Part shown: in pieces, positions 19,115 through 28,770 of the stretch
Numbering within the stretch: the first letter of the stretch is position 1
Layout: every line of letters starts with the position of its first letter
Notes under the pieces: generated by a model
The model's database searches: none
The model's input: the letters and a program-made list of their open reading frames with translations, nothing else
Told to the model about the DNA's origin: nothing
Translations under genes and position numbers: made by a program
Source of the DNA: a bacterium
GTDB taxonomy: Bacteria > Zhuqueibacterota > Zhuqueibacteria > Oceanimicrobiales > Oceanimicrobiaceae
Direction of reading: 5' to 3'
NCBI GenBank assembly: GCA_046757525.1
Contig: JBHHYI010000001.1
Coordinates: forward strand, 106,723 to 170,722
DNA: 64,000 bases

Positions 19115-19417
19115 ATGGCTAAAATAAATCCTCTGCAACAACAGCAAATCAACGAAGCCATTGGGCAAACGTCTGCGGGGTCCAATGAGACCGGCGCCGC
19201 AAAGTTTTCTACCACGCTGAAAGATATGATCAACAAGGTTGACGAACTGCAGAAGAGCTCCGACCAGGCTACCACAGACTTCATATCAGGTAAAGACGCC
19301 GACATCCACGAGGTGATGGCTGCGGTCGAGGAGGCGCAGTTGAGTTTTCAACTGATGATGGAAATCCGCAACAAACTGCTGGATTCTTACCAGGAAATCA
19401 TGCGGATGCAAGTTTAA
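19115..19417 (+). CDS. fliE: Flagellar hook-basal body complex protein FliE
   Basis: 100 aa, C-terminal FliE motif …AVEEAQLSFQLMMEIRNKLLDSYQEIMRMQV. Confidence 0.85.
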   Translation: MAKINPLQQQQINEAIGQTSAGSNETGAAKFSTTLKDMINKVDELQKSSDQATTDFISGKDADIHEVMAAVEEAQLSFQLMMEIRNKLLDSYQEIMRMQV

Positions 19418-19443
19418 TGAACGAACAAATCTGAGGAGCCTTT

Positions 19444-20988
19444 TTGAACAACAAACTACTACAACAGATGAAGGCGGCGCTGGAACGGTTTACTGTTGGG
19501 CAGAAAATTGCGCTCGCCGCCATAACCGCTTTGGCGCTTTTCGGCATATTGTTCTTGTTGGTTTGGGCTAACCGGCCTGAGTTTGGGCTTCTGTATTCGA
19601 ACCTCGATGCAGCAGATGCTTCGGCCATTGTGGATGACTTAAAGAGCAGCAACATCCCCTATAAACTAAAGGATGGGGGCAAAACCATTTTGGTTGCAAA
19701 GAAAGACATCTACGAATTACGCATCAAATACGCGGGTCAGAAATTAATCTCCAGTGGCACCGTGGGCTATGAGCTCTTCGACAAAAACAATCTGGGGATG
19801 ACGGATTTCATGCAGAAAGTAAATCTGAAAAGAGCTATTGAAGGGGAGTTGACCAAGACCATCAACCAAATTGAAGCCATTCAACAATCCCGAGTGCACC
19901 TGGTAATGCCTGAACCTGCATTGTTTGAAGAGCAAGAACAAAAGGCCACCGCCTCGGTGATCATCAAGCTAAACACCAATGCCGGACTCAACCGGAAGCA
20001 AATTCTGGGAATCACCCACATGGTCGCCGGCAGTGTTGAAGGACTGACTCCTGACAATGTCACCATCGTGGACACCAAAGGCAACATCCTGACCAGTTTA
20101 GAGGCAGGCGATGATGATGTGGCCTTGACTAACAGCAATTTCGAGTTGAAACAAAAAGTGGAAAAATATATAGGACAAAAGGCCCAGAGCATGTTGGATC
20201 AAGTGTTGGGCAAGGGCAATGCCATCGTCAAGGTCTCGGCAGAGCTTAACTTTCAGAAAGTACGACGAACCTCCGAAACCTATGATCCCGACAATACGGC
20301 TGTGTTAAGCGAAGAACGCAACGAGGAACGTTCAAGCCGGCAGGACACCACCCAATTTCAGCGCGAGAATGTGATCACCAATTACCAGGTCAACAAGACA
20401 TTGGAAGAAGTCAACGGGAGCGTTGGAGACATCGAAAGGCTTTCTGTGGCGATTTTTGTCAATGGCATCTACCAGGACGACCAATACGTCCCCCGTTCTG
20501 ACGAAGAAATGCAGAAGATCGCTGACATTGTAAAGCCTGCCGTGGGTTTTCGGGCAGACCGAAAGGATCAGATCGTTGTGCACCAGTTGAATTTTGATCG
20601 ATCGTTCATCAACCAGGAACAAGAGGCATTGGAAACGCTGTCGAACAAGGAGTTTCGCCTGCAACTGGTGCGCGGCGGATTGGTCGCTTTGGGTGGCCTG
20701 CTGGTGCTGTTGATGCTGCGTTCTCTGTTCAGGAAATTTGGTGGAGAAGTCATGGCAGGATTTCAGGCACCGCAACTGCTTGAAGGACCCCGGGAATCCT
20801 CGCAACGGCTGCTCGCAGGTGAACATGCCATTGATATTCAAGACGACATCTACTCAAAAAAATTGTCACCGGAGGCTGCGGCCAAACTCCAGGCGCGGGA
20901 TAAAGTGACCAAGGATGTGGTCTCTTTTGCGGAACAAGACCCTGAGCGATCGGCCCGCGTCTTGAGGTACTGGTTGCTGGAGAATTAA
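19444..20988 (+). CDS. fliF: Flagellar M-ring protein FliF
   Basis: 514 aa. N-terminal TM, YscJ/FliF domain, second TM near residue 430. Confidence 0.9.
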   Translation: MNNKLLQQMKAALERFTVGQKIALAAITALALFGILFLLVWANRPEFGLLYSNLDAADASAIVDDLKSSNIPYKLKDGGKTILVAKKDIYELRIKYAGQKLISSGTVGYELFDKNNLGMTDFMQKVNLKRAIEGELTKTINQIEAIQQSRVHLVMPEPALFEEQEQKATASVIIKLNTNAGLNRKQILGITHMVAGSVEGLTPDNVTIVDTKGNILTSLEAGDDDVALTNSNFELKQKVEKYIGQKAQSMLDQVLGKGNAIVKVSAELNFQKVRRTSETYDPDNTAVLSEERNEERSSRQDTTQFQRENVITNYQVNKTLEEVNGSVGDIERLSVAIFVNGIYQDDQYVPRSDEEMQKIADIVKPAVGFRADRKDQIVVHQLNFDRSFINQEQEALETLSNKEFRLQLVRGGLVALGGLLVLLMLRSLFRKFGGEVMAGFQAPQLLEGPRESSQRLLAGEHAIDIQDDIYSKKLSPEAAAKLQARDKVTKDVVSFAEQDPERSARVLRYWLLEN

Positions 20989-21006
20989 TTTACTGAAGGG
21001 TAACAG

Positions 21007-22017
21007 ATGTTCAAAGGTGAAGAAAAACTCAGCGGTGTCAGGAAAGTCGCCATCTTTTTAATTGCTCTGGGTGTTAACCATGCCACCCCGTTGTTAAAGA
21101 ATTTGACCGAAGATGAGCTGGAGACCGTCACCGTGGAAATTGCGAAGCTAAAAAATCTCTCCCCCGAAATCGTGGGTAGGATTCTCATGGAATATTATGA
21201 GCTGATGATGGCTGAGAGATACACAACCCAGGGCGGTTTGGGATTTGCTGAGGATATGCTTAAACAGGCCATTGGTTCAGACAAAGCCCGCGACCTCCTG
21301 ATGAAAGTCAAATCGGCTGTTGAAATGACTGGTTTCAACTTACTGCAAACCGTGAATCCCAACGACCTGTTGAATTTCTTGCAGAAAGAACACCCACAAA
21401 CCATCGCTTTACTATTGGCCAATATGAAGACCCGTCAGGCGGCTGAGATTTTGTCCGACTTGCCAACGGAGTTGCAGGCGGAAGTCGCCTACAGGCTCGC
21501 TACTATGGGTAAGACCTCCCCGGAACTGCTGAAGGAAATTGAAGAAGCATTGACCTTGCAGATGGAAGGCGTCTTTGGCGGACAATTGATGGGCAGCGGC
21601 GGCGTCAAGGCCGTTGCGGAGATTCTAAACGCGGCCAGTCGAGCAGCGGAAACCAACATTCTGGAAATCCTGGTGCAGAAGAATCCCGAACTTGCCTCAG
21701 AAATAAACAAGCTGATGTTTGTCTTTGATGACCTGGTGAGGTTGAGAGACAGAGACATACAAAGAATCTTAAAAGACGTTGACAACAAAACGCTGGCCAT
21801 GGCTTTAAAGATTTCGTCAGACAAGTTACAGGAAAAATTATTCAAGAACCTGTCGCAGCAGGCGGCAGAGGCCCTAAAGGAAGAAATTGAATATCTGGGT
21901 CCAGTGCGCGTCAAGGAAGTAGAGGAGGCGCAGTGGAACATTCTCGAGCATGTGCAGGAATTGGAAAATTCTGGCGAAATCCTGGGCCGGGTCAGTTCAG
22001 ATGATTTTATCGAGTAG
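21007..22017 (+). CDS. fliG: Flagellar motor switch protein FliG
   Basis: 336 aa, with FliG N-terminal, middle and C-terminal domain signatures. Confidence 0.9.
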   Translation: MFKGEEKLSGVRKVAIFLIALGVNHATPLLKNLTEDELETVTVEIAKLKNLSPEIVGRILMEYYELMMAERYTTQGGLGFAEDMLKQAIGSDKARDLLMKVKSAVEMTGFNLLQTVNPNDLLNFLQKEHPQTIALLLANMKTRQAAEILSDLPTELQAEVAYRLATMGKTSPELLKEIEEALTLQMEGVFGGQLMGSGGVKAVAEILNAASRAAETNILEILVQKNPELASEINKLMFVFDDLVRLRDRDIQRILKDVDNKTLAMALKISSDKLQEKLFKNLSQQAAEALKEEIEYLGPVRVKEVEEAQWNILEHVQELENSGEILGRVSSDDFIE

Positions 22018-22024
22018 GTGAGAG

Positions 22025-22723
22025 ATGTTAATCAAAGCCGAAAACCATAACCAGAGCAACAAGTTTAAGATCTACGATTTCAGAACTCTCATTGAAGAGA
22101 AGGACCGCCTGGTTGAAAACCATGCGGGCGAATACCAACCTTCCGACACTAATGGTGTGTCGTCCTCCAGGCTGTTTGAACAGAAATTGCAGGAAACCTA
22201 CGACAGCGCATTCAATGATGGATTGCAGCAAGGCGAAAAAACAGGCTTTGAAAAGGGCTTGCGGTCCGTGGAAGGTGAGATCAAGTCATTGACCGACTTA
22301 GTTGGCAGCATTGCCCGGCAACAGCAAGAAATCTTGTCGAAATCCGAACAGTTTGTAGTTGATTTCGCTCTGAAAGTTGTAGAAAAAATCCTGGGCGTGG
22401 AGGAAATTTCAAACCTCAGAATTGATGAGAACAAATTGCGAAGGATCATCGGTGAGGCTTTAAATCAGTTTGCGGAGTCAACCAAATACAATATCCGGGT
22501 ACATCGCGATTCTGCCGAGACCATCGAAAAGTACAAATCGCAAATATTCGACACTCTTCCCCGGCACGTGGAGCTTTCCGTTACGGCCGACCCGTCGCTG
22601 AAACCAAGCGAGTATCTGATCGAATCGGAACACGGCGTCATCGACGCAAGAATCGCAACCCAGCTCAATGAAATCAAGAATGTCGTGACAAAGTCTAAGG
22701 CAAATGGCAGCACAATTCAATAA
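22025..22723 (+). CDS. fliH: Flagellar assembly protein FliH
   Basis: 232 aa. Lies between fliG and fliI and overlaps the fliI start. Confidence 0.7.
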   Translation: MLIKAENHNQSNKFKIYDFRTLIEEKDRLVENHAGEYQPSDTNGVSSSRLFEQKLQETYDSAFNDGLQQGEKTGFEKGLRSVEGEIKSLTDLVGSIARQQQEILSKSEQFVVDFALKVVEKILGVEEISNLRIDENKLRRIIGEALNQFAESTKYNIRVHRDSAETIEKYKSQIFDTLPRHVELSVTADPSLKPSEYLIESEHGVIDARIATQLNEIKNVVTKSKANGSTIQ

Positions 22724-24023
22724 ATATTTCGAAAATCTGAAGGCCGTCCGGCCTTACAAGATTTTGGGGCAGGTCAACAAGATCATTGGGCAGGTCATCG
22801 AATCTAACGGCCCGGTGACTGCCATCGGTGAAATGTGCCAAATCATTTCAAAAAACGGTAGAAGCATCCAGGCAGAGGTGGTGGGCTTCAGGGACAACAG
22901 AGTCATGCTGGTGCCCCTGGAGGAAACCGTGGGCATCGAACCCGGCAGCTACGTTTCCATCAACGATGTACCATTTACCATCGGGGTTGGACGTGAACTC
23001 CTGGGAAGGATACTCGACGGTACAGCCAAACCCCTGGACGGGAAAGGTCCTGTCCAAACCAGATGCCACCAACCCGTGCACAGCGCACCGTTGAATCCAT
23101 TGAAGCGCAAGCGAATTGCAGACCCCCTGGCCACCGGGATCAGGACGATCGACGGCTTGTTGACCTGTGGCAAGGGCCAACGGGTAGGGATTTTCGCCGG
23201 CAGCGGCGTGGGTAAGAGCATTTTGTTGGGCATGATTGCCAGGAATACCAGCGCAGACGTCAATGTCATAGGACTCATTGGCGAAAGAGGCCGCGAAGTG
23301 AGGGACTTCATCGAAAGGGATTTGGGCGAAGAAGGACTCAGTCGTTCCGTGGTGGTCACGGTGACCTCAGAGAAGGCCGCTTTTTTGCGCGTGAAAGGCG
23401 CGTTAATCGTGACGGCAATTGCTGAGTACTTTGCCAGCCTGGGATTGCACGTTTTGCTGATGATGGACTCTTTAACGCGGGTGGCCATGGCGCAGCGCGA
23501 GGTAGGACTCGCGGTCGGGGAACCCCCAACTTCAAAAGGGTACACCCCTTCGGTGTTCGCCATGCTCCCTAAACTCTTAGAACGGGCGGGAAATCTCCAG
23601 AATGGCAGCATCACGGGAATCTACACCGTTTTGGTTGAGAACGACGACATGAACGATCCCATCGCCGACACCGTACGCTCCATTTTGGATGGCCACATTG
23701 TCCTCTCCAGGAAAATAGCCCAGAGTGGACATTATCCCGCCATCGATGTTTTGCAGAGCGTGAGCCGAGTCATGATCGACATCATTTCCAGCAGCCATTT
23801 GCAGAACGCCAACAAAATTAAAGAAATCCTGGCGACCTACCAGGAATCTGAGGATTTGCTGAATATCGGTGCTTATGTCAAAGGGAGCAATGCACGGATT
23901 GATTACGCAGTTTCGATGATTGACAAGATTCACGATTATCAAAAACAGACCGTCAACGAGAAAGCTGCATTTGAAGACAGTCTGAGGCAACTGCAGGCGT
24001 TGTTGTCGAATGAGAGACCATAA
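22704..24023 (+). CDS. fliI: Flagellum-specific ATP synthase FliI
   Basis: Walker A GSGVGKS, T3SS-ATPase family. Confidence 0.95.
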   Translation: MAAQFNKYFENLKAVRPYKILGQVNKIIGQVIESNGPVTAIGEMCQIISKNGRSIQAEVVGFRDNRVMLVPLEETVGIEPGSYVSINDVPFTIGVGRELLGRILDGTAKPLDGKGPVQTRCHQPVHSAPLNPLKRKRIADPLATGIRTIDGLLTCGKGQRVGIFAGSGVGKSILLGMIARNTSADVNVIGLIGERGREVRDFIERDLGEEGLSRSVVVTVTSEKAAFLRVKGALIVTAIAEYFASLGLHVLLMMDSLTRVAMAQREVGLAVGEPPTSKGYTPSVFAMLPKLLERAGNLQNGSITGIYTVLVENDDMNDPIADTVRSILDGHIVLSRKIAQSGHYPAIDVLQSVSRVMIDIISSSHLQNANKIKEILATYQESEDLLNIGAYVKGSNARIDYAVSMIDKIHDYQKQTVNEKAAFEDSLRQLQALLSNERP

Positions 24024-24046
24024 ATGAGACCTGGAGGCCCATTACA

Positions 24047-24487
24047 TTGAAAAGGAAAGACTTTCGCTTGCAAAAAGTCCTGGAAATTCAGGAGTTGTTG
24101 GAGAAGCAGCAACAAAGGGACCTGGCCGTGTTTAAACAAAAGCTTAAGGCTTTTGAAGCCGAACTGGTGAAGATTCAGGCCAGGAAGAACAGTCTGACTC
24201 TTAATTTGCTCGACATCGATCAGGTGCCGGTCGCACGAATGCTGAACTACTACGATTATTTGAGCGCCCTTTCAGAAAAAATCATGGCGCAGCATAGTAC
24301 GATAGGCGAATTGAGAATAGAGATGGAGCAGCAACGGCAGAAACTACTCCAGGCTACCAAAGACAAGAAAATGCTTGAAACCTTGAAAGAAAGATTTGTT
24401 GCCGGACTCCGATTCGAGCAACACAAGAACGAACAAATTCTGATGGAAGAAATTGCAGCGAGAAAGAACTTCTCATTTCTAACTTGA
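24047..24487 (+). CDS. fliJ: Flagellar export protein FliJ
   Basis: 146 aa coiled-coil protein after fliI. Confidence 0.7.
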   Translation: MKRKDFRLQKVLEIQELLEKQQQRDLAVFKQKLKAFEAELVKIQARKNSLTLNLLDIDQVPVARMLNYYDYLSALSEKIMAQHSTIGELRIEMEQQRQKLLQATKDKKMLETLKERFVAGLRFEQHKNEQILMEEIAARKNFSFLT

Positions 24488-24506
24488 TTCATGAAGTAAC
24501 TGAAGC

Positions 24507-25043
24507 TTGGCAATGGTAAAGACCCTACTGATTTGGACACTCTTTTTTACAACGACCTTAGCTGGGTTCACCGCGGCCTTTTATTTCGGCCGCGACAAGA
24601 TATTGCCCCGGTCAAAGAGATCGCAAACACTGCGGGGTCTGAACATTGCGGTGGATGACTCTGCGTCAGGGGCGGGGGTCGACTCTCTAACGATGGTTAC
24701 AAACGAGCTTCTGACCCAACTGAAGGACTACGTCACGCAAGCAAAGCAAAATGCCAAGGTGATCGCGTTGCAGAAGAAACAGATAGAATTGTTGCGCGCC
24801 ACCAACGACTCCCTGCGGCAGCAGTTGCAAAGCCGCCAGCTTGCAAACAACAGGATTCAGGACCTTACCAAAACTTTAGGGGCCATGAAAGTAGACGTCC
24901 TGGAACCTATTCTTGAAAATTTGCCGGACGAGACCATTCAAATTCTGTACGACAAAGCCAAAAGTAAAGACAAAGAAAAGATTTTTAACGCGGTTAATCC
25001 CAAAAGAGCCGGCAGACTGCTAAGACTCATGACGAAAATCTGA
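24507..25043 (+). CDS. MotE/YlxF-like flagellar protein (MgtE-N-like domain)
   Basis: N-terminal TM, coiled coil, and C-terminal …PILENLPDETIQILYDKAKSKDKEKIFNAVNPKRAGRLL…. Sits at the ylxF position between fliJ and fliK. Confidence 0.5.
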   Translation: MAMVKTLLIWTLFFTTTLAGFTAAFYFGRDKILPRSKRSQTLRGLNIAVDDSASGAGVDSLTMVTNELLTQLKDYVTQAKQNAKVIALQKKQIELLRATNDSLRQQLQSRQLANNRIQDLTKTLGAMKVDVLEPILENLPDETIQILYDKAKSKDKEKIFNAVNPKRAGRLLRLMTKI

Positions 25044-25058
25044 GGTAAGGACTGAAGA

Positions 25059-27467
25059 ATGCTGCACCATGCACCCCATATTGAGAATCTGTTTGCCAGT
25101 GCCTCAGGTCTTCCCGCCCTCAAAAGCGAATTGCCTGATTCTATTGCTCCGGATTCATTCCACCTGATTTTGCAGCGATTTAAGGCCCTGGCTTTGCTCA
25201 CACGACCGGTGGGTAAAGTGGGCGTGACCGTGATCGACGGGCTTCCGGAAACCCATGCTCTGGCCAAAATACGTTCTGACAAGGGAAACAGAGCCTTGCG
25301 GCAAGACGGGCATTTAGTCTTAAACCTGATTCGGGAAGCTTTGGCACCCATGCTCAAATCCAGGGACCTTGGGATTCTCCAAGGAGAGACGGAAGCCTTT
25401 GATTTAACCCCTCAGAAGGATGCCGAACCTTCTTTCGAGGGTGAGGTTCACCACACGTTGCATTTGGAAACTTTAGGAGAGGCAACGGTAAGCCTGAAAA
25501 AAGCAGGGAATAAGGTACGGATCGAGATTGCGGTTGAGACGCTTCAGGCAAAAGACTGGTTAGAGGAGCAGTTAAAACACAGCGCCTTCAATAAAGAAGG
25601 CATCACCACCGAGGTTAGAGCCCTGCACTTGGAAAAGAGAGAGCTGGCGGCGCCGGCGTTGAAACCTGGAACCAAGAGTTTTGCAACGGGTCTCGAGGCT
25701 TTAAGCGCTGACAGAGCACCGAAAGCAGTCCTTTTGCACGGTCGACCAGCGACGCGTCTCAGCGACAACAGGAATGCAACGAGGACACACAGCAAAGGCC
25801 TTTTTGCAAATGCGAACACGGAAGACACAGATTCTGTTGCGGTGCCTGAGTCGCAAGACCGTCCGGAGGCACGAGGCCCCAAACGAGTACGCGTAACCAA
25901 AGTAAGGCACGCAAAAGGGCATGCCGTTGCCCTGAACCAGGCGCTACGCAAAGCAAAGGCACGCCGGAGGCCCGAGAAGTTAGTCAGCCGGGTTGAAACG
26001 GGGCCAACAGTCGCCGGATCAAACCGGAAGCCAAAGGGTTCTGCAGGCAAAGCGGCGCCGGTGCAGACGCACGACCGCGGCATTTTGCTTTCCGCGGAAA
26101 AAGCGTTGGAACAGGCGACCAAAGGTGCTGAGGTCTTTGCTGCTAAGCCGGAGGCAGGGAGGATCAAAAGTTCAATGGCTTCTGTGCCTTTGTCCGGCCG
26201 CGCGCCTCATGGCGCTGCAGGAAACGCGGGTCCCGCAAGCATCTTACCAGAGAAGCCCGTGTTGACCCCTGCCACGGGCGGTGACCAGAGTGCAATCACC
26301 AAAGGTGCGAACGTTCAGGCTTTGAATAAGATGGAGGAATTCATCCTTAACGAGGCGCAAATTACTTCCCGTTTTCCCATTTCCGGGAAAACTCATCTGA
26401 AGATGCAGGTCGCAGAATTGGGAGAGGTTTCCGTTGAAATAACCAATGCCGCGCAAAAAGTCGGCGTTGAAATAGGTGTTGAGAGCAACAGGGCGAAGAG
26501 CTTGATAGCCGGGCATTTGAAGCATTTGACGTCACAGCTTGACCGCCTGGAAATAAAAGTTGCGTACCGTCCCTTGGAAAAATCTCACGACCCCGGGCCA
26601 CACAACAAAAGGGAAAGATTCTCGCTGCGGGCCGGCACAGCCACTGACAAGAAAACGCCAGAGACCCCCAGGAATCCAACCGAAATATTCAGGGCGGGTC
26701 TAAATGAGGGAAGCAAAACGAAAAAGGGCGTCACCAAAAAAATGCAGGCCTCGACTTCAGACAGCGGCAAAGCGACGACCAGGCTCCAGGACCCTCAGGC
26801 GGGCTTTGGGAAACGCGCTGACCCTGTGGAAGAGTCGTCGGAGGATGGCGGAAAAGAATCTCGCGGCTTTCACGAACAAAAGTCTTCCCTGCAAAGCAAC
26901 GAGTTTGGCGTGGGCGCTAAACACAAACGTGGTGAGAAGGTCTCTGGCGTTGAAACGGCGCCGTTAACCAGACACGGAAACTTTCCGACTGAAAACAAAC
27001 TGGTTGCACCCGTAAAAGTAAGACAATCCCAGGTGCCAGAGATGATTCATCGCATCGCCAAAATGGTAGAAAACAGATTACAGGCTTCCAATTCCAGAAT
27101 CGAAGTTCAGTTGGACGTGGAAACCCTGGGTCTGATGAAGGTCGATGCTACCAGGCATCATGACTCCATTCATTTGCAGATTCAAGTTGAAAATGAAGAG
27201 GCCAAACGCTGGGTAGAGAGCCACTTGCGTCCCTTGAACAACCACATGACCAGGGAAGGCTTCCGAGTGGACAATCTGCAAGTGTCTGTCCAGGGTGAGA
27301 GGTCTGAAGGTCAGAGCAAACAAGGCAGATTCTACCATCCCTCGAAATTTGCCGGGGAGAAGCGCTACGCTACCCCGTCCGGAGTTGCCGGGGCGGCCGC
27401 AGAGAGTGCTCCGGTATACTCGGAGCAACGGAGCTTTGGTTACAACACTCTCGAGGTCTGGGGTTGA
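25059..27467 (+). CDS. fliK: Flagellar hook-length control protein FliK, enlarged (802 aa) with three Flg_hook-like repeats
   Basis: Flg_hook-like segments at about 25440-25635, 26361-26573 and 27090-27293. They are separated by K/R/A-rich linkers. Confidence 0.75.
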   Translation: MLHHAPHIENLFASASGLPALKSELPDSIAPDSFHLILQRFKALALLTRPVGKVGVTVIDGLPETHALAKIRSDKGNRALRQDGHLVLNLIREALAPMLKSRDLGILQGETEAFDLTPQKDAEPSFEGEVHHTLHLETLGEATVSLKKAGNKVRIEIAVETLQAKDWLEEQLKHSAFNKEGITTEVRALHLEKRELAAPALKPGTKSFATGLEALSADRAPKAVLLHGRPATRLSDNRNATRTHSKGLFANANTEDTDSVAVPESQDRPEARGPKRVRVTKVRHAKGHAVALNQALRKAKARRRPEKLVSRVETGPTVAGSNRKPKGSAGKAAPVQTHDRGILLSAEKALEQATKGAEVFAAKPEAGRIKSSMASVPLSGRAPHGAAGNAGPASILPEKPVLTPATGGDQSAITKGANVQALNKMEEFILNEAQITSRFPISGKTHLKMQVAELGEVSVEITNAAQKVGVEIGVESNRAKSLIAGHLKHLTSQLDRLEIKVAYRPLEKSHDPGPHNKRERFSLRAGTATDKKTPETPRNPTEIFRAGLNEGSKTKKGVTKKMQASTSDSGKATTRLQDPQAGFGKRADPVEESSEDGGKESRGFHEQKSSLQSNEFGVGAKHKRGEKVSGVETAPLTRHGNFPTENKLVAPVKVRQSQVPEMIHRIAKMVENRLQASNSRIEVQLDVETLGLMKVDATRHHDSIHLQIQVENEEAKRWVESHLRPLNNHMTREGFRVDNLQVSVQGERSEGQSKQGRFYHPSKFAGEKRYATPSGVAGAAAESAPVYSEQRSFGYNTLEVWG

Positions 27468-27555
27468 ACCAGCTAAACTGAAGGAGAATCGCAGTTACAA
27501 AGCGGTTAGATTATTAATTTTGCAGATGCATTTCAACAAAATGGAGGATTGAACC

Positions 27556-28236
27556 ATGTTAAGCACGGGACCGGTAGGACCAAATGCTACCCAGAACGTC
27601 CTGGGAGGTTCGCAAGACATACTGGGCAAGGATGATTTTTTGAGGATATTGGTTTCACAATTGCGCAATCAGGACCCAATAAATCCGATCAAGAGCGAAG
27701 AGTTTGCCGCACAACTGGCCCAGTTCAGCTCGGTAGAACAGCTTCAGAATATCAATGCAAATCTGGAGAACAGCATCCAAACGAATCTTTTGCTCAACCA
27801 GGCAATCAACAACACCATGGCCACCACGCTCATAGGGAAGAACGTCAAAGCGTTTGGTAACGCGGTCTCCCTGGCTGACGGAGAATCGGTTGGCCTGCAT
27901 TACAGCTTGTCTTCTCCAGCAGAAAACGTAACCATTCAAATCATGGACAGCAATGGTACGGTTGTTCGAACTGTTGAACTGAAGGGTCAAGCCCAGGGCG
28001 AGCAAACATTTGAGTGGGACGGAAAAGACGCCGAAGGCAATGTTTTAGCGGACGGCAAGTACACGTTTGCCATCAACGCCACAGATGGGAACGGCGATGG
28101 TGTGGCCGCGACCACCTTCATCAGCGGTGTCATCGATGGGATTAAATACGAAAACGGCAGTGCGTTGCTGCTACTTGGAGACCTGGAAGTGAATCTGTCG
28201 GATGTCGTGGAAATCAGTACCCCTGAGATTCCCTAA
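27556..28236 (+). CDS. flgD: Flagellar hook capping/assembly protein FlgD
   Basis: N-terminal …GKDDFLRILVSQLRNQDPINP… FlgD motif, with a C-terminal FlgD Ig-like/tudor region. Confidence 0.85.
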   Translation: MLSTGPVGPNATQNVLGGSQDILGKDDFLRILVSQLRNQDPINPIKSEEFAAQLAQFSSVEQLQNINANLENSIQTNLLLNQAINNTMATTLIGKNVKAFGNAVSLADGESVGLHYSLSSPAENVTIQIMDSNGTVVRTVELKGQAQGEQTFEWDGKDAEGNVLADGKYTFAINATDGNGDGVAATTFISGVIDGIKYENGSALLLLGDLEVNLSDVVEISTPEIP

Positions 28237-28277
28237 CCGGACAGGAACCAAACCGGGACCAATACTGGAGACCTGAG

Positions 28278-28658
28278 ATGAAAATTCACCAATTGCCGGG
28301 GCAAGTTCAGCCTGATTCCCTCCAGCCAAATAGGAGGACCGAAGGCTTTCAGCAAGGTTCTTTTGCCAGCGTGCTGCAAAGCAAGCTCTCGCAAAGTGCC
28401 GGCTCCTTGAAGTTCTCGGCTCATGCGATTGATCGGCTGGTATCGCGGAAGGTTCGGCTGAGCTCGCAGGACATTTCAAGACTGCAGCACGCGGTTCACC
28501 AGTTGGAGCAAAAGGGCGGAAACGAATCCCTGGTGCTTATGGGTGACCTGGCGCTGGTGGTCAGTGTTAAAAACAACACGGTCATCACGGCTGTAAACAG
28601 GAGCCCTAACGATGAAGCAAAGATATTCACCAACATCGATAGTGCTTTAATTTTGTGA
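28278..28658 (+). CDS. Small flagellar operon protein of the FlgD-FlgE intergenic family (TIGR02530-like)
   Basis: 126 aa. Conserved position between flgD and flgE, as in Clostridia and spirochaetes. Confidence 0.4.
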   Translation: MKIHQLPGQVQPDSLQPNRRTEGFQQGSFASVLQSKLSQSAGSLKFSAHAIDRLVSRKVRLSSQDISRLQHAVHQLEQKGGNESLVLMGDLALVVSVKNNTVITAVNRSPNDEAKIFTNIDSALIL

Positions 28659-28770
28659 TCGATTGGGTCGGACCCCAAATTGGTTTTTGGGGAGGCCCTC
28701 CACTGTGGAACGACAGAAGCAGTGGCTGTAATTCACTGGTTTTACTTACCTAAATCTGGAGGGCTGCATC

